47,596 bases of DNA. Origin: Candidatus Zixiibacteriota bacterium. Its GTDB lineage: Bacteria; Zixibacteria; MSB-5A5; CAIYYT01. A program made the translations under genes and the position numbers. Where the stretch lies: NCBI GenBank assembly GCA_040235515.1, contig JBECKX010000208.1:1-47596 (forward strand), in the 5' to 3' direction. The notes beneath the pieces were generated by a model. It was not told the DNA's origin and made no database searches. It was given only the letters and a program-made list of their open reading frames with translations. Shown here one piece after another: positions 1 through 9,796 of this stretch (within the stretch, counting starts at the first letter, position 1; each line of letters starts with the position of its first letter).

Positions 1-376
1 CTTCCGAGGCAAGCGTGATATCGAGCTTCGTCGATGCGTCCTTCTGAACCTCCACGCCGGTGATCCGCACCTTCTGGTAACCGACCAGCTCGGCGGTTAT
101 CGCATAGGTACCCATCGGAACCTTCAGGATGATGAACTTACCATCAAGGTCTGCCTGGGCGCCCATGCTGGTGCCTTCGATCATTACGACCGCGCCGATG
201 AGTGCCTCACCGGTTTCCTTGTTGGTAATGGTTCCCTGGATGCGTCCCATCTCTGCCGCCTGACTCGCAGAGACGCTGAGGGTTACAAATAGAAACGCCA
301 TCGCCAGCATCACACGTACTGCGACAGCGTTCAGGTTGAATCTTACTGTAGGAATGCCCGTTTTCTTTACCTGCAT
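1..376 (-). CDS. N-terminal part of a CarboxypepD_reg-like domain protein (probably a TonB-dependent receptor or similar envelope protein); truncated by the window edge
   Basis: Manual translation from ATG 376: MQVKKTG...AFLFVTLSVSASQAAEMGRIQGTITNKETGEALIGAVVMIEGTSMGAQADLDGKFIILKVPMGTYAITAELVGYQ. This is a signal peptide followed by the typical CarboxypepD_reg pattern. Not in the ORF track. Confidence 0.8.
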   Translation of the reverse strand, partial: MQVKKTGIPTVRFNLNAVAVRVMLAMAFLFVTLSVSASQAAEMGRIQGTITNKETGEALIGAVVMIEGTSMGAQADLDGKFIILKVPMGTYAITAELVGYQKVRITGVEVQKDASTKLDITLASE

Positions 377-463
377 TTCCTGCCATCTCCTCGTTTGATT
401 TACCTTACTTTCCACTTTACTCTAACAACCTCTAGTTTTCGTGAGACTCAGAATAGAATTTCG

Positions 464-1102
464 TTACTTCACTTCTGATTTCTTACGCTCGGACTCCTGC
501 AGCAACTTTATCCGCAGCTGCTGGCACATCTCCTCGAGGAACCCTTGCCAGCTCCCGTACTTCTTGAGGATAGGCCCCTCCAACTGCTTGAGGCAACTCA
601 AGCAGATGTCTGAGCGCGTACGACCTTCAACATTGTCAACTACACATTCGAAGTCATCCAACCCCAGCATTGTCTCAGCAAAGTAGTTGAATGACAGTAC
701 GAGTTTCTGACCGTTTTCCCCTGCAGCCAAGCTGTCATCTGGCGTCAAACTGCGGATTCGTGGTTTGCCGTTCTCACTGCATTCAAGAAGGACTAGGACT
801 CCATCCAGCTTCACGTAGTAGTCGATAAAAACGCTAATTTTCTTCGTAGAAGCACACCGCAGCGTGTAACGAGCCAACAGCGACGACTTATCGTTAAATG
901 AGTGAGTCTGGATGTCCTGATCATATTGAGGTTTCAACTCCTTGATAACGTCAAATGAGTCCTCGTACGGACCGAAACGAACTGTTACTACCTCCGCGAC
1001 CGCAGAGTTGAGTGCCACGAACACCAGCACCGCGATCAGCACTCCAGCAGCTAGTTTTTGCCAAGCCGCCGAATAAGAGAACAAACTAAAGCGCCTGCGC
1101 AT
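464..1102 (-). CDS. Hypothetical exported protein
   Basis: 212-aa ORF with GGAGG upstream and an N-terminal hydrophobic signal ending AVA-E; no family recognised. Confidence 0.65.
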   Translation of the reverse strand: MRRRFSLFSYSAAWQKLAAGVLIAVLVFVALNSAVAEVVTVRFGPYEDSFDVIKELKPQYDQDIQTHSFNDKSSLLARYTLRCASTKKISVFIDYYVKLDGVLVLLECSENGKPRIRSLTPDDSLAAGENGQKLVLSFNYFAETMLGLDDFECVVDNVEGRTRSDICLSCLKQLEGPILKKYGSWQGFLEEMCQQLRIKLLQESERKKSEVK

Positions 1103-1276
1103 ACCCTACCTCCTCTCGGATACCTTTTCCTTACTTACTTTCCATGTTTGCGCCTAACCTTCCTGCACAACCCGGCTTCCACAAACCGCGTTGTGACCTA
1201 ATCACGCGGGCGATAATCACGAAATTCTGTTAGAAGATTATTAGAGCAAAAATAAGTTTCTGCTGAGGCGAGGATT

Positions 1277-1294
1277 TTGTGAAGTCGTTCACGA
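1277..1294. promoter_or_regulatory. Rex-like (or CRP-like) operator palindrome TTGTGAA-gtcg-TTCACGA
   Basis: One mismatch to the Rex consensus TTGTGAA-N4-TTCACAA. Intergenic, upstream of 464..1102, and nearly identical to the site at 21743..21760. Confidence 0.55.
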
Positions 1295-1443
1295 GCGGAT
1301 CGCGCGAGGCCATCCGCAAATCGAGGCATCCGACACAAATTAGTGCGGTGATCTAGTGGATCACTTTAAGCCCGGCGATTGTTAGGATATGGTTATTTGT
1401 TTGATAAGATCGTGTGTACTGGTTTGTCCGCTCAGGAACGGCC

Positions 1444-2427
1444 TCAATCCATCTCGGGATCGACATGCACGATCACCCGTGTGACCCCCGGCATCTCGTC
1501 GCAGAGCCGAGTCTCGACTGCGGTGGCGATTTCGTGACCCTCCCTTACAGTGAGGTCGGGATCGACGATGATATGGAGTTCGACGAAAATCTCAGAACCG
1601 GAATAGCGCGCCCGCAAGTCGTGGACATTCTCGACTCCCTCGATGTCGATCGCTTTGATCACGATTTCGTGGAGCACCTTCTGGTCGGGTGCGGTGTCGA
1701 TCACCTCGCGCAGACTCCCCCACGTCAGGGAAAGACCCACCTTGAGGATGAACGCCGACACCACAATTGCAGCGATCGAGTCGGCGATCTGCCACGCTGG
1801 ATTCACGTAGGCCGCCCCCACACCGATCAATACCGCGACTGAACTGAGGGCATCGGAACGATGGTGCCAGGCATTCGCGACGATAGCGAGGCTGCGGATG
1901 CGCCTTCCGACCGCCAGCGTGTAGCGGTAGATGACTTCTTTGGCCACCACGCTGATGAAAGCCGCCGCCAGGACGAATTCACCGGGCGCGGAGGACTCAT
2001 GCTTATAGATCGTGAGGATGGCGGAGTAGATGATACCGATACCTACCGCGATCAGGATGATACCGACAATCAGTGCACTGAGGGTTTCGATGCGACCGTG
2101 GCCATAGTGATGGTCGGCGTCCTCGCCTTTGCGGCCCCAGCGCAGCCCGAAAATCACGACGATGTCGGAGAAGAGATCAGAGAGCGAATGGACCGCGTCG
2201 GCCACCAGCGCCTGGCTGTTCCCCCACACCCCGGCTCCGAATTTGAGCACCGTCAACATGATGTTGACCGCCATCCCCCACCACGTGACCTTCATTCCGG
2301 AGCGCAGTTCTTCCCTGCGGTCCCTCTCCGGGTTGGTTGCTAATTCTCGCTTTAGTTCTCGCATTGGCCAGGACTGTTTCCGTTGCTCGGATAATTTCAA
2401 GATAGGATGCCGCCGCTGCACGAGCAA
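1444..2427 (-). CDS. Cation diffusion facilitator (FieF-like) metal transporter
   Basis: SQALVADAVHSLSD, HHYGHGRIE and NAWHHRSD motifs; TM helices; C-terminal dimerisation domain ending VHVDP. The true start may be a downstream Met. Confidence 0.93.
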   Translation of the reverse strand: MLVQRRHPILKLSEQRKQSWPMRELKRELATNPERDRREELRSGMKVTWWGMAVNIMLTVLKFGAGVWGNSQALVADAVHSLSDLFSDIVVIFGLRWGRKGEDADHHYGHGRIETLSALIVGIILIAVGIGIIYSAILTIYKHESSAPGEFVLAAAFISVVAKEVIYRYTLAVGRRIRSLAIVANAWHHRSDALSSVAVLIGVGAAYVNPAWQIADSIAAIVVSAFILKVGLSLTWGSLREVIDTAPDQKVLHEIVIKAIDIEGVENVHDLRARYSGSEIFVELHIIVDPDLTVREGHEIATAVETRLCDEMPGVTRVIVHVDPEMD

Positions 2428-2596
2428 ACATTGTTTTTGTCAACGTGCGGCGGTGGCCAGATAGCGCAAATTTAATATGGAGTTATCCCCTTCACACCTT
2501 ATATTCGGTGGCGGCTATGAATGACGACGACAACCCACACCGATCTGGCTATTCCGGCTATCTGTCGATAACAACTCCGCAGGAGAGAGTTGCTCT

Positions 2597-3652
2597 GTGG
2601 CAGAACTAATCATCACAGTTGCAGCCGTGATTATCATCTCCGGGGTCTGCTCCCTGTTTGAAGCGGTACTCTACTCCGTTTCGTTGAGTCAGGTTGAGGC
2701 GATGGCGGAACAGAACAGCGCGTCAGGGCGCATACTGAAGCGCCTGCGGAGAAACGTCGATCGCCCGATCACGGCAATCCTCACGTTGAACACCATCGCC
2801 AATACAACGGGGGCCGCGATTGCCGGTGCGATCGCCACGAAGGTGTTGGGAAGCACCTGGGTCGGGATTTTCTCCGGCGCACTAACCTTTGGAATCCTGT
2901 TTTTCTCTGAAATCATCCCTAAAACCATCGGAGTGGTGTTCGCCCGCGGGCTGGCGCCCGTGATTGCACGTCCCCTGCTGGTCATGGTCTGGATCTTCAT
3001 GCCGGTCGTCTGGGCCGCGAGCTTCGTCACCCGCCTGATCGGAAAGAACGACGCCGAGCACGAGGTCTCACCGAGTGAGATTCTGGTGATGGCGAAAATG
3101 GGTTTGCGCCGGGGCGTGATCGAGAAGGATGAAATGGAGGTGATCCAGAACATCATCGCGCTGCGAGATACGCGGGTCCGACAGGTGATGACGCCGCGCA
3201 CTGTTCTGTTTACTCTCAATCATGATATCACGGTGAAAGAGGCAGCCGCCAACGAGCGACTGATCAATTACAGTCGCATCCCGGTCTATTTCAAGGACAA
3301 CGAAGATATCGGCGGTATCGTCCACCGCCGCGACATCCTGGGTGCGGTGGCGCAGGATCGGAATCAGGTGAAGCTGAGCGAGATTATCAAGCCGGTCCAA
3401 TTCGTGCTGGACAAATGGCGCTTGAACCGGGTGCTCAAGATGTTCCTGGAGCGGAGGGAGCATATGTTCATCGTAATCGACGAATATGGCGGTCTCTCCG
3501 GCGTCGTTACGCTGGAGGATGTCCTCGAGGAAATTCTGGGCCGTGAGATTGTCGATGAGTTCGATCATACCGCCGACTTGCAGACGATCGCACAGAAGCG
3601 CCGTGAACAGATTCTGGGGGAACAATCACAGTCGCATCAGGATGAGTTCTGA
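2597..3652 (+). CDS. CNNM/DUF21 + CBS-pair (hemolysin/CorB-like) membrane protein
   Basis: SLFEAVL, AILTLNTIANT, FSEIIPKT, VMTPR, YSRIPVY and VIDEYGG..GVVTLEDVLEEILGREIVDE motifs. Confidence 0.93.
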   Translation: MAELIITVAAVIIISGVCSLFEAVLYSVSLSQVEAMAEQNSASGRILKRLRRNVDRPITAILTLNTIANTTGAAIAGAIATKVLGSTWVGIFSGALTFGILFFSEIIPKTIGVVFARGLAPVIARPLLVMVWIFMPVVWAASFVTRLIGKNDAEHEVSPSEILVMAKMGLRRGVIEKDEMEVIQNIIALRDTRVRQVMTPRTVLFTLNHDITVKEAAANERLINYSRIPVYFKDNEDIGGIVHRRDILGAVAQDRNQVKLSEIIKPVQFVLDKWRLNRVLKMFLERREHMFIVIDEYGGLSGVVTLEDVLEEILGREIVDEFDHTADLQTIAQKRREQILGEQSQSHQDEF

Positions 3653-3759
3653 GTTGAGTTGAGATCGTACGACTATGAGCGATGCTGCTGTACGTTGGTA
3701 AAGTAGATCGAAATCGATTGACAACCACTCTCGCATAGCTCAACTTGCTTGGGCGGTAG

Positions 3760-4221
3760 ATGGCACAAAAAGGAGCAACTATGACGGGCAAGAACACCCA
3801 AGAGGCAGAAATTGATAAGGAGCGGGCTGAGTTTCTGGAGGAGAGAAAATTACTGATTCAGGGTTCTCTCAGCGCCTTCCAGACTTTCGAGAAATATCTA
3901 ATCCTTCTAAGCACCGGTGCTCTGGTAATCACTTTTCAAGCCTTTGGTTCCAAATCGGCGGCTCAAGCTGGATTTCTATATGTGCAGTTGGGCTGGGGAG
4001 CGCTTGCGCTGTCACTAGTCACAGCACTTATCTCGTTTCTATTGAGTACTTTCGCTTGGAGCAATCAGATTCGTATTGCCTACGAGATCTATGAATGCGG
4101 TTCCGAAAGAGCGGCAAAGATCAGGAATCCTTACAATGATTGGGTGCAAGTAATGAACGTATGCGCAACTTGCCTGTTTGTTGTCGGATTGTTCTGCCTC
4201 AGTGTGTTCGCGATGACCTAA
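3760..4221 (+). CDS. Hypothetical membrane protein (about 3 TM helices)
   Basis: Three hydrophobic segments; AGGAG precedes the second Met (3781), the likely start; codon usage more AT-rich than neighbours. Confidence 0.65.
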   Translation: MAQKGATMTGKNTQEAEIDKERAEFLEERKLLIQGSLSAFQTFEKYLILLSTGALVITFQAFGSKSAAQAGFLYVQLGWGALALSLVTALISFLLSTFAWSNQIRIAYEIYECGSERAAKIRNPYNDWVQVMNVCATCLFVVGLFCLSVFAMT

Positions 4222-4410
4222 TGTCACGAGGATGTAGATCATGTAGAGCTATCTGCTATTGTGCAACAACGAGAGGATAGAGAAGGGGAGCGTACCACCA
4301 CCGCCACCTCCCCCAAGACCGAGTTCGTCTCAGCCTTCGAGCGAGCGCTAGGGTAGCTAATCAGAATTAAATGCATTAAACACGATTTGAGATAGTGCGG
4401 GAGTGATGAA

Positions 4411-4563
4411 ATGAACTGTCAACAGCCCCAACGCGAAAGAGAGTTGCCAGTACCAAAGCCGGAAAAAGGCGATAAGCACAAAGACTATTCAATCCCACCA
4501 CCCCCTCCCCCGCCACCACCACCTTCACCAAGGCGAGGGCCCATTCGACCGGACAAGGAGTAG
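4411..4563 (+). CDS. 50-aa proline-rich small protein (10 consecutive Pro)
   Basis: GGGAG 7 nt before ATG 4411; MNCQQPQRERELPVPKPEKGDKHKDYSIPPPPPPPPPPSPRRGPIRPDKE; the Pro codons vary at the wobble position. Confidence 0.45.
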   Translation: MNCQQPQRERELPVPKPEKGDKHKDYSIPPPPPPPPPPSPRRGPIRPDKE

Positions 4564-4642
4564 GTGTGTGCTCACCCCAAGGTACTGACCTATATAGTCA
4601 GCAAATCAACGAAGAGATGCGATTCTGCGCTCTGAGTTTCGC

Positions 4643-5158
4643 CTACACGAACGCCTTGACGATATCTTTCTGCAGTCCCTGCAGTTCCCCGTAGGCTTTG
4701 TTGATTTCCTCGATCTTTTCCTGAAGCTTGCGCAGGAGCTTGTTGCGCTCAAGGCCGTTGCGGAATACGATCAGCAGGTCATCATTGTCCCACGGCTTCT
4801 CCAGATATTGAAACAACCCGACTTCATTGATCGCCTTGATCGCGTTCTCTTTGTCGGCGTAGCCGGTGAGGATTATCCTGGGGACCTGCGGCTTGACATC
4901 CCGTACCTTGGCGAGGAAACTGATGCCATCCATCTCCGGCATCAGATAGTCGGAGACCACCAGATCGACATCGTTGTTCTTGATGAATTCCAGGGCGTCG
5001 ACGGCGGATGTGAACGTCTTGACCCTGTATTCGGTTTCAAGTGTAAGGAAGGAGCGCAGACTGGTGACAACCATCTCCTCGTCATCGACGATTACGATTG
5101 TCTCCGGCGCCTTTCCTTCCGGCTTGGCTTCATTGCTGTGCTGCTTGCTCTCAGACAT
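4643..5158 (-). CDS. Stand-alone response regulator (receiver + coiled coil)
   Basis: IVDDE, VVSDYLMPEMDG, ILTGY and EKPW motifs. Confidence 0.93.
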   Translation of the reverse strand: MSESKQHSNEAKPEGKAPETIVIVDDEEMVVTSLRSFLTLETEYRVKTFTSAVDALEFIKNNDVDLVVSDYLMPEMDGISFLAKVRDVKPQVPRIILTGYADKENAIKAINEVGLFQYLEKPWDNDDLLIVFRNGLERNKLLRKLQEKIEEINKAYGELQGLQKDIVKAFV

Positions 5159-5232
5159 TATCTTGTATCAACTTTCCAGAAAACACCTCACCGAGTCAAT
5201 CTCGATGTCGGAATGATAGATTACGGTAATCG

Positions 5233-6489
5233 CTACCGCTCGGTTTCAATTCCGACGATAGTAATATCGTCGGGGCTGTAACTGCGACCCTTGTGAGCGA
5301 GGGCTGCGTCATGCAACGCTTCCACGATCTTCTCGACCGGATCATTGATCCGCTCAGTCAGGGTTGGAACGAGGCCGAGATCGCCGAAGAATTCTCCGGC
5401 ATCATTCTCGATTTCGGAAATGCCGTCACTGAACAGCACCAGGCAGTCGCCGCGACCGAAATCGACCTCCACCGTCTCTCCGGCGCTGTAGCCACCCGGC
5501 AGATCGAGTCCGACGAACAGCCCGTTAACCGGAATTCGTTCCACGCTGCCGGAGTTGCGCCGCAGGATAAACGGGTGCGGCAGTCCGGCGTTGACAATAA
5601 GCGCTTTGTGGGCATTCGTGTCAAGCACCGCAACCGTCGCCGCGATAAATGTGTTCTCCGGCAATCCCTGAACAAGAATCTCATTCATCCCCTTCAGCAT
5701 CTCCTCAGGAGTGCGGCATTTGTTGAGATGTGAGGTGAACGCGAATTTCAGCAGCGATGTGCTCAGCGCCGCCTGTATCCCGTGCCCGGTGGCATCGGCG
5801 ACCAGCACCGCCAAGCATCCGTCCGGCATCTGCTGAACATCGTAGTAATCCCCTCCGATTTCGAGTGCCGGCTTGTATTTCGCGGCAAACCGGTAGCCGT
5901 TCTCCCGCGGAAAAGAGGCCGGGAAGAGATTGAGCTGTACCTGCTGCGCAAGCTTCAGCTCCTGCCGGATCAGGTCGTCGCGTTTGGAAAGCGCGTCATG
6001 GCGGCGCAGGAGATCGTCAAGCTCGTTCAGCTTATGTTTCAGCCGGAGCTGCAGACTGCGCGATTCGAGCGAGTTTCGCAGCACCATTTTCAAGTTATCA
6101 TTATCCCACGGCTTCTCGATGTACTGAAAAAGTCCGACATCGTTGATCGCATGAATCGCATTACCCTTGTCGGCGTAGCCGGTCAGCAGGATACGGGGAA
6201 CGTCGGGATAGAGCTTCTTCAACTGACCGAGGAATTCAAGTCCATTCAGTTCAGGCATGAGGAAGTCGGATATCGCTACATCCACAGGCTTATCCTTGAC
6301 CGCGTTCAGTGCTGCAGTGGGCGACTCGAAGGTAAAGACCTCGTAATCCCCCTCCAGCGTCAACAGCGACTTGAGGCTGGTCAGGACGATACTATCGTCA
6401 TCCACCACCAGCACCCTCGGCTTGCGGGCGGAATCACTTTTGGGCGCGTGAGGTTGGTCGTTGGGTCTGTTCGGTTCAGCTGTCGTCAT
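5233..6489 (-). CDS. Receiver + PP2C/SpoIIE (RsbU-like) phosphatase
   Basis: N-terminal receiver; IGGDYYD, VADATGHG, FSDGISE and DDIT PP2C motifs. Confidence 0.93.
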   Translation of the reverse strand: MTTAEPNRPNDQPHAPKSDSARKPRVLVVDDDSIVLTSLKSLLTLEGDYEVFTFESPTAALNAVKDKPVDVAISDFLMPELNGLEFLGQLKKLYPDVPRILLTGYADKGNAIHAINDVGLFQYIEKPWDNDNLKMVLRNSLESRSLQLRLKHKLNELDDLLRRHDALSKRDDLIRQELKLAQQVQLNLFPASFPRENGYRFAAKYKPALEIGGDYYDVQQMPDGCLAVLVADATGHGIQAALSTSLLKFAFTSHLNKCRTPEEMLKGMNEILVQGLPENTFIAATVAVLDTNAHKALIVNAGLPHPFILRRNSGSVERIPVNGLFVGLDLPGGYSAGETVEVDFGRGDCLVLFSDGISEIENDAGEFFGDLGLVPTLTERINDPVEKIVEALHDAALAHKGRSYSPDDITIVGIETER

Positions 6490-6524
6490 AGCCTCTTCAA
6501 TTCTGGAGTGCGCCGGTGATCCGG

Positions 6525-6968
6525 TCAGTGTGATTTGCCGCCTGTGAGTGACACTCGTTCCAGCAGCGTCCGCAGGCGTGAAGCCAGGTTTTTCAGGATT
6601 CCCTGCGAGATCTGAACGTGGTCTGCTAATATATCCACGAATCGTTCGCTGTCAATCCGAAGCAGCCTCGCATCGGTTAAAGTTGTGGCGGTCACCACAC
6701 GCGGTTCATCATCGAAGAGCGCCCAGATTCCGAAAGCCTCGGTGGCTCTGGCGACGGTGATATCCTGCTGACCCTGATGGAGCCTGACCTCCCCCTCGAG
6801 CAACAGGTAAAAAGAATCTGCCGCCTCCTGCTCTTTGTAAATGACTTCCCCCTCCTTATACTCCACTTCTTCAGCGATAGCGGCAAGATAGGCAAGCTGT
6901 TCGGTCGGCACATCCGTGAAAACATCGACATTCTGGAGCGCCGCGACCTTTTCGACGACGGTCAGCAT
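6525..6968 (-). CDS. Cyclic-nucleotide-binding domain protein (no HTH)
   Basis: MLTVVEKVAAL..V..F, GEVIYKE, FYLLLEGEV and FGIWALFDDEPR motifs; 147 aa. Confidence 0.88.
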   Translation of the reverse strand: MLTVVEKVAALQNVDVFTDVPTEQLAYLAAIAEEVEYKEGEVIYKEQEAADSFYLLLEGEVRLHQGQQDITVARATEAFGIWALFDDEPRVVTATTLTDARLLRIDSERFVDILADHVQISQGILKNLASRLRTLLERVSLTGGKSH

Positions 6969-7006
6969 CCGACTAATCTACAACGAATCACGATTTCGTA
7001 CAAGTT

Positions 7007-8251
7007 TCACCTCGATAATGCAAGTTCGGCTGTCTCTTTTACAACCAGGTCGGTATCGGATGCCATCTGTTCGACAAGCGACCGGAGGTGGGCCGGGACC
7101 CGACCTGCCAGGTAATAGAGCGCACAGGTTTTCAACCAGACATCCCGTCCCCGCAGCAGGTGTTCCAGCGCTCCGTCGAGACTCTCGATTCGAGTCGTGA
7201 AAATCTCATCGCCGCGGGTAATCAACGTTTGTTGCGGTGCTTCATCGAGCAACGGCAGCAGGCACCGCTTGATCTCTCCGCGCAACACGTTCTCGAGGAA
7301 TTCGAGCGCATTGGCGCGCGAGAGGCGGCTGGTGCTGGTAATGCCGAGGTAGGCGGTGAAGATATCTTTCGGCGGATAAGCAAGACCGAGCAGACGGAAG
7401 ATCCGCTCCAGGTTGAGGTCGAGTCGCTCCTGCAAAGCCCGCTTCAACAGCCGCGCCGGGTTATCCGAGTCAAACTGCGTATGGAAGCTGAGGATCTTGA
7501 GAATCTCAAAATAACTTCTCGTCTCATCCAGCAGGACAGCATCAAGGCGAGCCTCGGGGAACTTCATCCCCCCGCCCTGGTTGCGCAGCCGATTGAGCGC
7601 CTTGACGACATAGAACTTCAAGTCGGGTCGTATATTGAGCAGAGCTTCGGTCAGGATGTCGACCGACCGCTGCGATTCGATGCGCGCAATCACGCTCGGT
7701 ATGTTGCGCCTGATCATGAGGCGCTCAGACTCCGAGAGGAGCAACTCCTGGAGCTGAGGCAGTATCTCGACGCCGTAGCCCGCAAGCGCTTCCTTGGTGT
7801 CGTGTCGATAGGTGGAGTTGGGCAGCATCTCCAGCAGGTGGGGGATGAAATCGGGATCACGTTTTCGTCCGGCGCTGGCGATGGCGGCCTTGACTACCCG
7901 CGGTGAAGTGTCAGCCATCAACTGGGCGAGAAAGACGCGGTAGTGTTCGCCCTGAAGCAGCCCGAGCAGCTTCGCGACCTCCTCCCTCCCGGTTTCTGCA
8001 TCCTCGTCGCTGCGCACCAGAAATATCTCCAGGGTATCCTCGGTCAGGAGCGCATGCGCCTCTTCCATCTGGTGTTCAGCCATCGCAGCGATAGCGGCTG
8101 TCTGCAACCGGGGATTCTCATGCGACAGAAAACCGCGCAGTATCTCCTCGGCTCTCTCCCTCTGTTTCAGACAGAGGAAGTATATCGCCTCGCGGCGAAC
8201 GCCAAGGTCCTCATCATTGAGCAGCGCCTCGATCTTACTCAATAATCTCAT
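7007..8251 (-). CDS. HEAT-repeat protein; probably the C-terminal half of a frameshifted Npt-HEAT protein
   Basis: Repeated LL.D....VR..A HEAT motifs; begins mid-repeat; overlaps the upstream ORF by 17 nt with no clear RBS. Confidence 0.75.
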   Translation of the reverse strand: MRLLSKIEALLNDEDLGVRREAIYFLCLKQRERAEEILRGFLSHENPRLQTAAIAAMAEHQMEEAHALLTEDTLEIFLVRSDEDAETGREEVAKLLGLLQGEHYRVFLAQLMADTSPRVVKAAIASAGRKRDPDFIPHLLEMLPNSTYRHDTKEALAGYGVEILPQLQELLLSESERLMIRRNIPSVIARIESQRSVDILTEALLNIRPDLKFYVVKALNRLRNQGGGMKFPEARLDAVLLDETRSYFEILKILSFHTQFDSDNPARLLKRALQERLDLNLERIFRLLGLAYPPKDIFTAYLGITSTSRLSRANALEFLENVLRGEIKRCLLPLLDEAPQQTLITRGDEIFTTRIESLDGALEHLLRGRDVWLKTCALYYLAGRVPAHLRSLVEQMASDTDLVVKETAELALSR

Positions 8252-9755
8252 GATGCGCCTGTAACAATTCGAGTGATTTGCGTCTTACCTCCGCCGACGG
8301 GTGGTCCAGCAACGGTGCAATCGGCTCTACGACCCGCTCGTCTTTGACCGATTTGAGCATATCAAGTGCATAACTGACCTGACGATCGTTCGGACTGGCA
8401 AGGAGCCCGATCAGGGAGTTGACGGTTGCCGTATCATTGATGTTTACCCGAATCTCGGCGGCATCAATCTCCCGCATTTCCAGTGCCCGGCGGAAGGCGT
8501 TGACATATTCTTTTCGCACCATCACCGCCAGGGAGATCCAGACCAGCGCCAGCCCGAGCACCACGATACTCAGATGTTGTGCGCTGAACGCAAAGACCGA
8601 TGTGAACAGCAGCAGCAATGCGCCGGCAATACCGCGAAACCAGCGATCAACGAAGATATCGATAAAGAGCTTGGTACGTTTCTTCACGGTGAGCGGCAGT
8701 GGCAGGAACAGCAACTCCCTTCCGACTTTGTCAATCGAGTACTCAAACGAGGATTCCGATCCCTTCAGCAGGATGGCGCTGAGCAGAACCGGGGCAATCA
8801 ACATAGTCGTCGAGCCGAGCAGGAGCGCGGACGGCATGATCAGGATCGCGCCGGCGACTCCGATTTTGCGCAGTAATTTGTAAGTAAGGAACACCTGCAG
8901 GACCAGTGAAATCAAGCTCACCCGCCCATAAAACTTACCGAAGAACGCCGTCAGCCCCTGCTCACTTGAGCTGTATGCCTCATAGCTGATCTCCTTGAAC
9001 TGATAGTCGACGAAAGTTGAGATCATTACGGCGGTGGCTATGATGCCCACAATCAACAGCAGGTGCCGTGACTTCTTGATCTCACGCACCAGATCACCGG
9101 TGGATTCATGCCGCTCGTGCTTGCGCTTGGTTTCCGCCGCTTCAAGTTCGCCGCTGCGGCTCTTCCGCCAGATCAGATTGACGAGCACTACACAGGTAAG
9201 CAGGAAAATCGCACAAAGATAGAGCAGGTTCTCGGTGCGCAGGGAGAATTGATCCACAACGAAACCGGTGAACTCACCTCCGACGAATGCTCCGACGATG
9301 CCGGCTGCTCCCAGCAGCGAGAAAACCCGCTTCGCCTGGGCGGCATCGTAGACGGCGTTGGCCAGCAGCCAGAACTGAGCAGTCGCCAGGATACCATATA
9401 CCCCCACCCAGACATAGAATGCATAGTAAATCCACCCCGCGTCGATCGTGATCAACCAGCGCAGCGTCAGCAGGCAGACGATCATGACAACGGTGGAGAC
9501 CGAGACCAGTTGATTGAGATGCAACGCGCGGGAGGCACGAGTGTAGACGGCGGTAAATGGCAGAGCGGCAACCGCTGTCAGGATGAAAACAAACGGCAAC
9601 TCGGCGGGTGATAGTTTGGTCAGAAACAGACTGTCGCGAGCGGGCTTTAACAGGTAAAAGGTGACAAGCAGCAGGAAGTAGTATCCCGCCATCAACAGCG
9701 TGAGTCCTCCCTCCCCCGGTCGCAGGTCAACTATGTCAGAGAAAAAACGCTTCAC
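8235..9755 (-). CDS. Npt1/Npt2 (ATP/ADP translocase, TLC) family transporter with the start of a HEAT region
   Basis: YLLKPARDSLFL, YVWVGVY, QFWLLAN..YD..QAKRVF, FVDYQF, RELLFLP, K.FIDIFVDR motifs; about 12 TM helices. Confidence 0.88.
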   Translation of the reverse strand: MKRFFSDIVDLRPGEGGLTLLMAGYYFLLLVTFYLLKPARDSLFLTKLSPAELPFVFILTAVAALPFTAVYTRASRALHLNQLVSVSTVVMIVCLLTLRWLITIDAGWIYYAFYVWVGVYGILATAQFWLLANAVYDAAQAKRVFSLLGAAGIVGAFVGGEFTGFVVDQFSLRTENLLYLCAIFLLTCVVLVNLIWRKSRSGELEAAETKRKHERHESTGDLVREIKKSRHLLLIVGIIATAVMISTFVDYQFKEISYEAYSSSEQGLTAFFGKFYGRVSLISLVLQVFLTYKLLRKIGVAGAILIMPSALLLGSTTMLIAPVLLSAILLKGSESSFEYSIDKVGRELLFLPLPLTVKKRTKLFIDIFVDRWFRGIAGALLLLFTSVFAFSAQHLSIVVLGLALVWISLAVMVRKEYVNAFRRALEMREIDAAEIRVNINDTATVNSLIGLLASPNDRQVSYALDMLKSVKDERVVEPIAPLLDHPSAEVRRKSLELLQAHHEIIE

Positions 9756-9796
9756 GTTCGTCCGAACTTCGATTCTTATACCTTCCAGCCGCTGGA

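Noticed and set aside
1444..3652. CDF and CNNM transporters as part of the cytochrome system or a magnetosome cluster
   Set aside because: They are ordinary widespread families about 18 kb from the operon, and no other mam-like genes are present.
6525..6968. cNMP protein as the CRP-like regulator of the TGTGA-N6-TCACA site
   Set aside because: It has no C-terminal helix-turn-helix and resembles the cNMP module that accompanies Npt-HEAT proteins.
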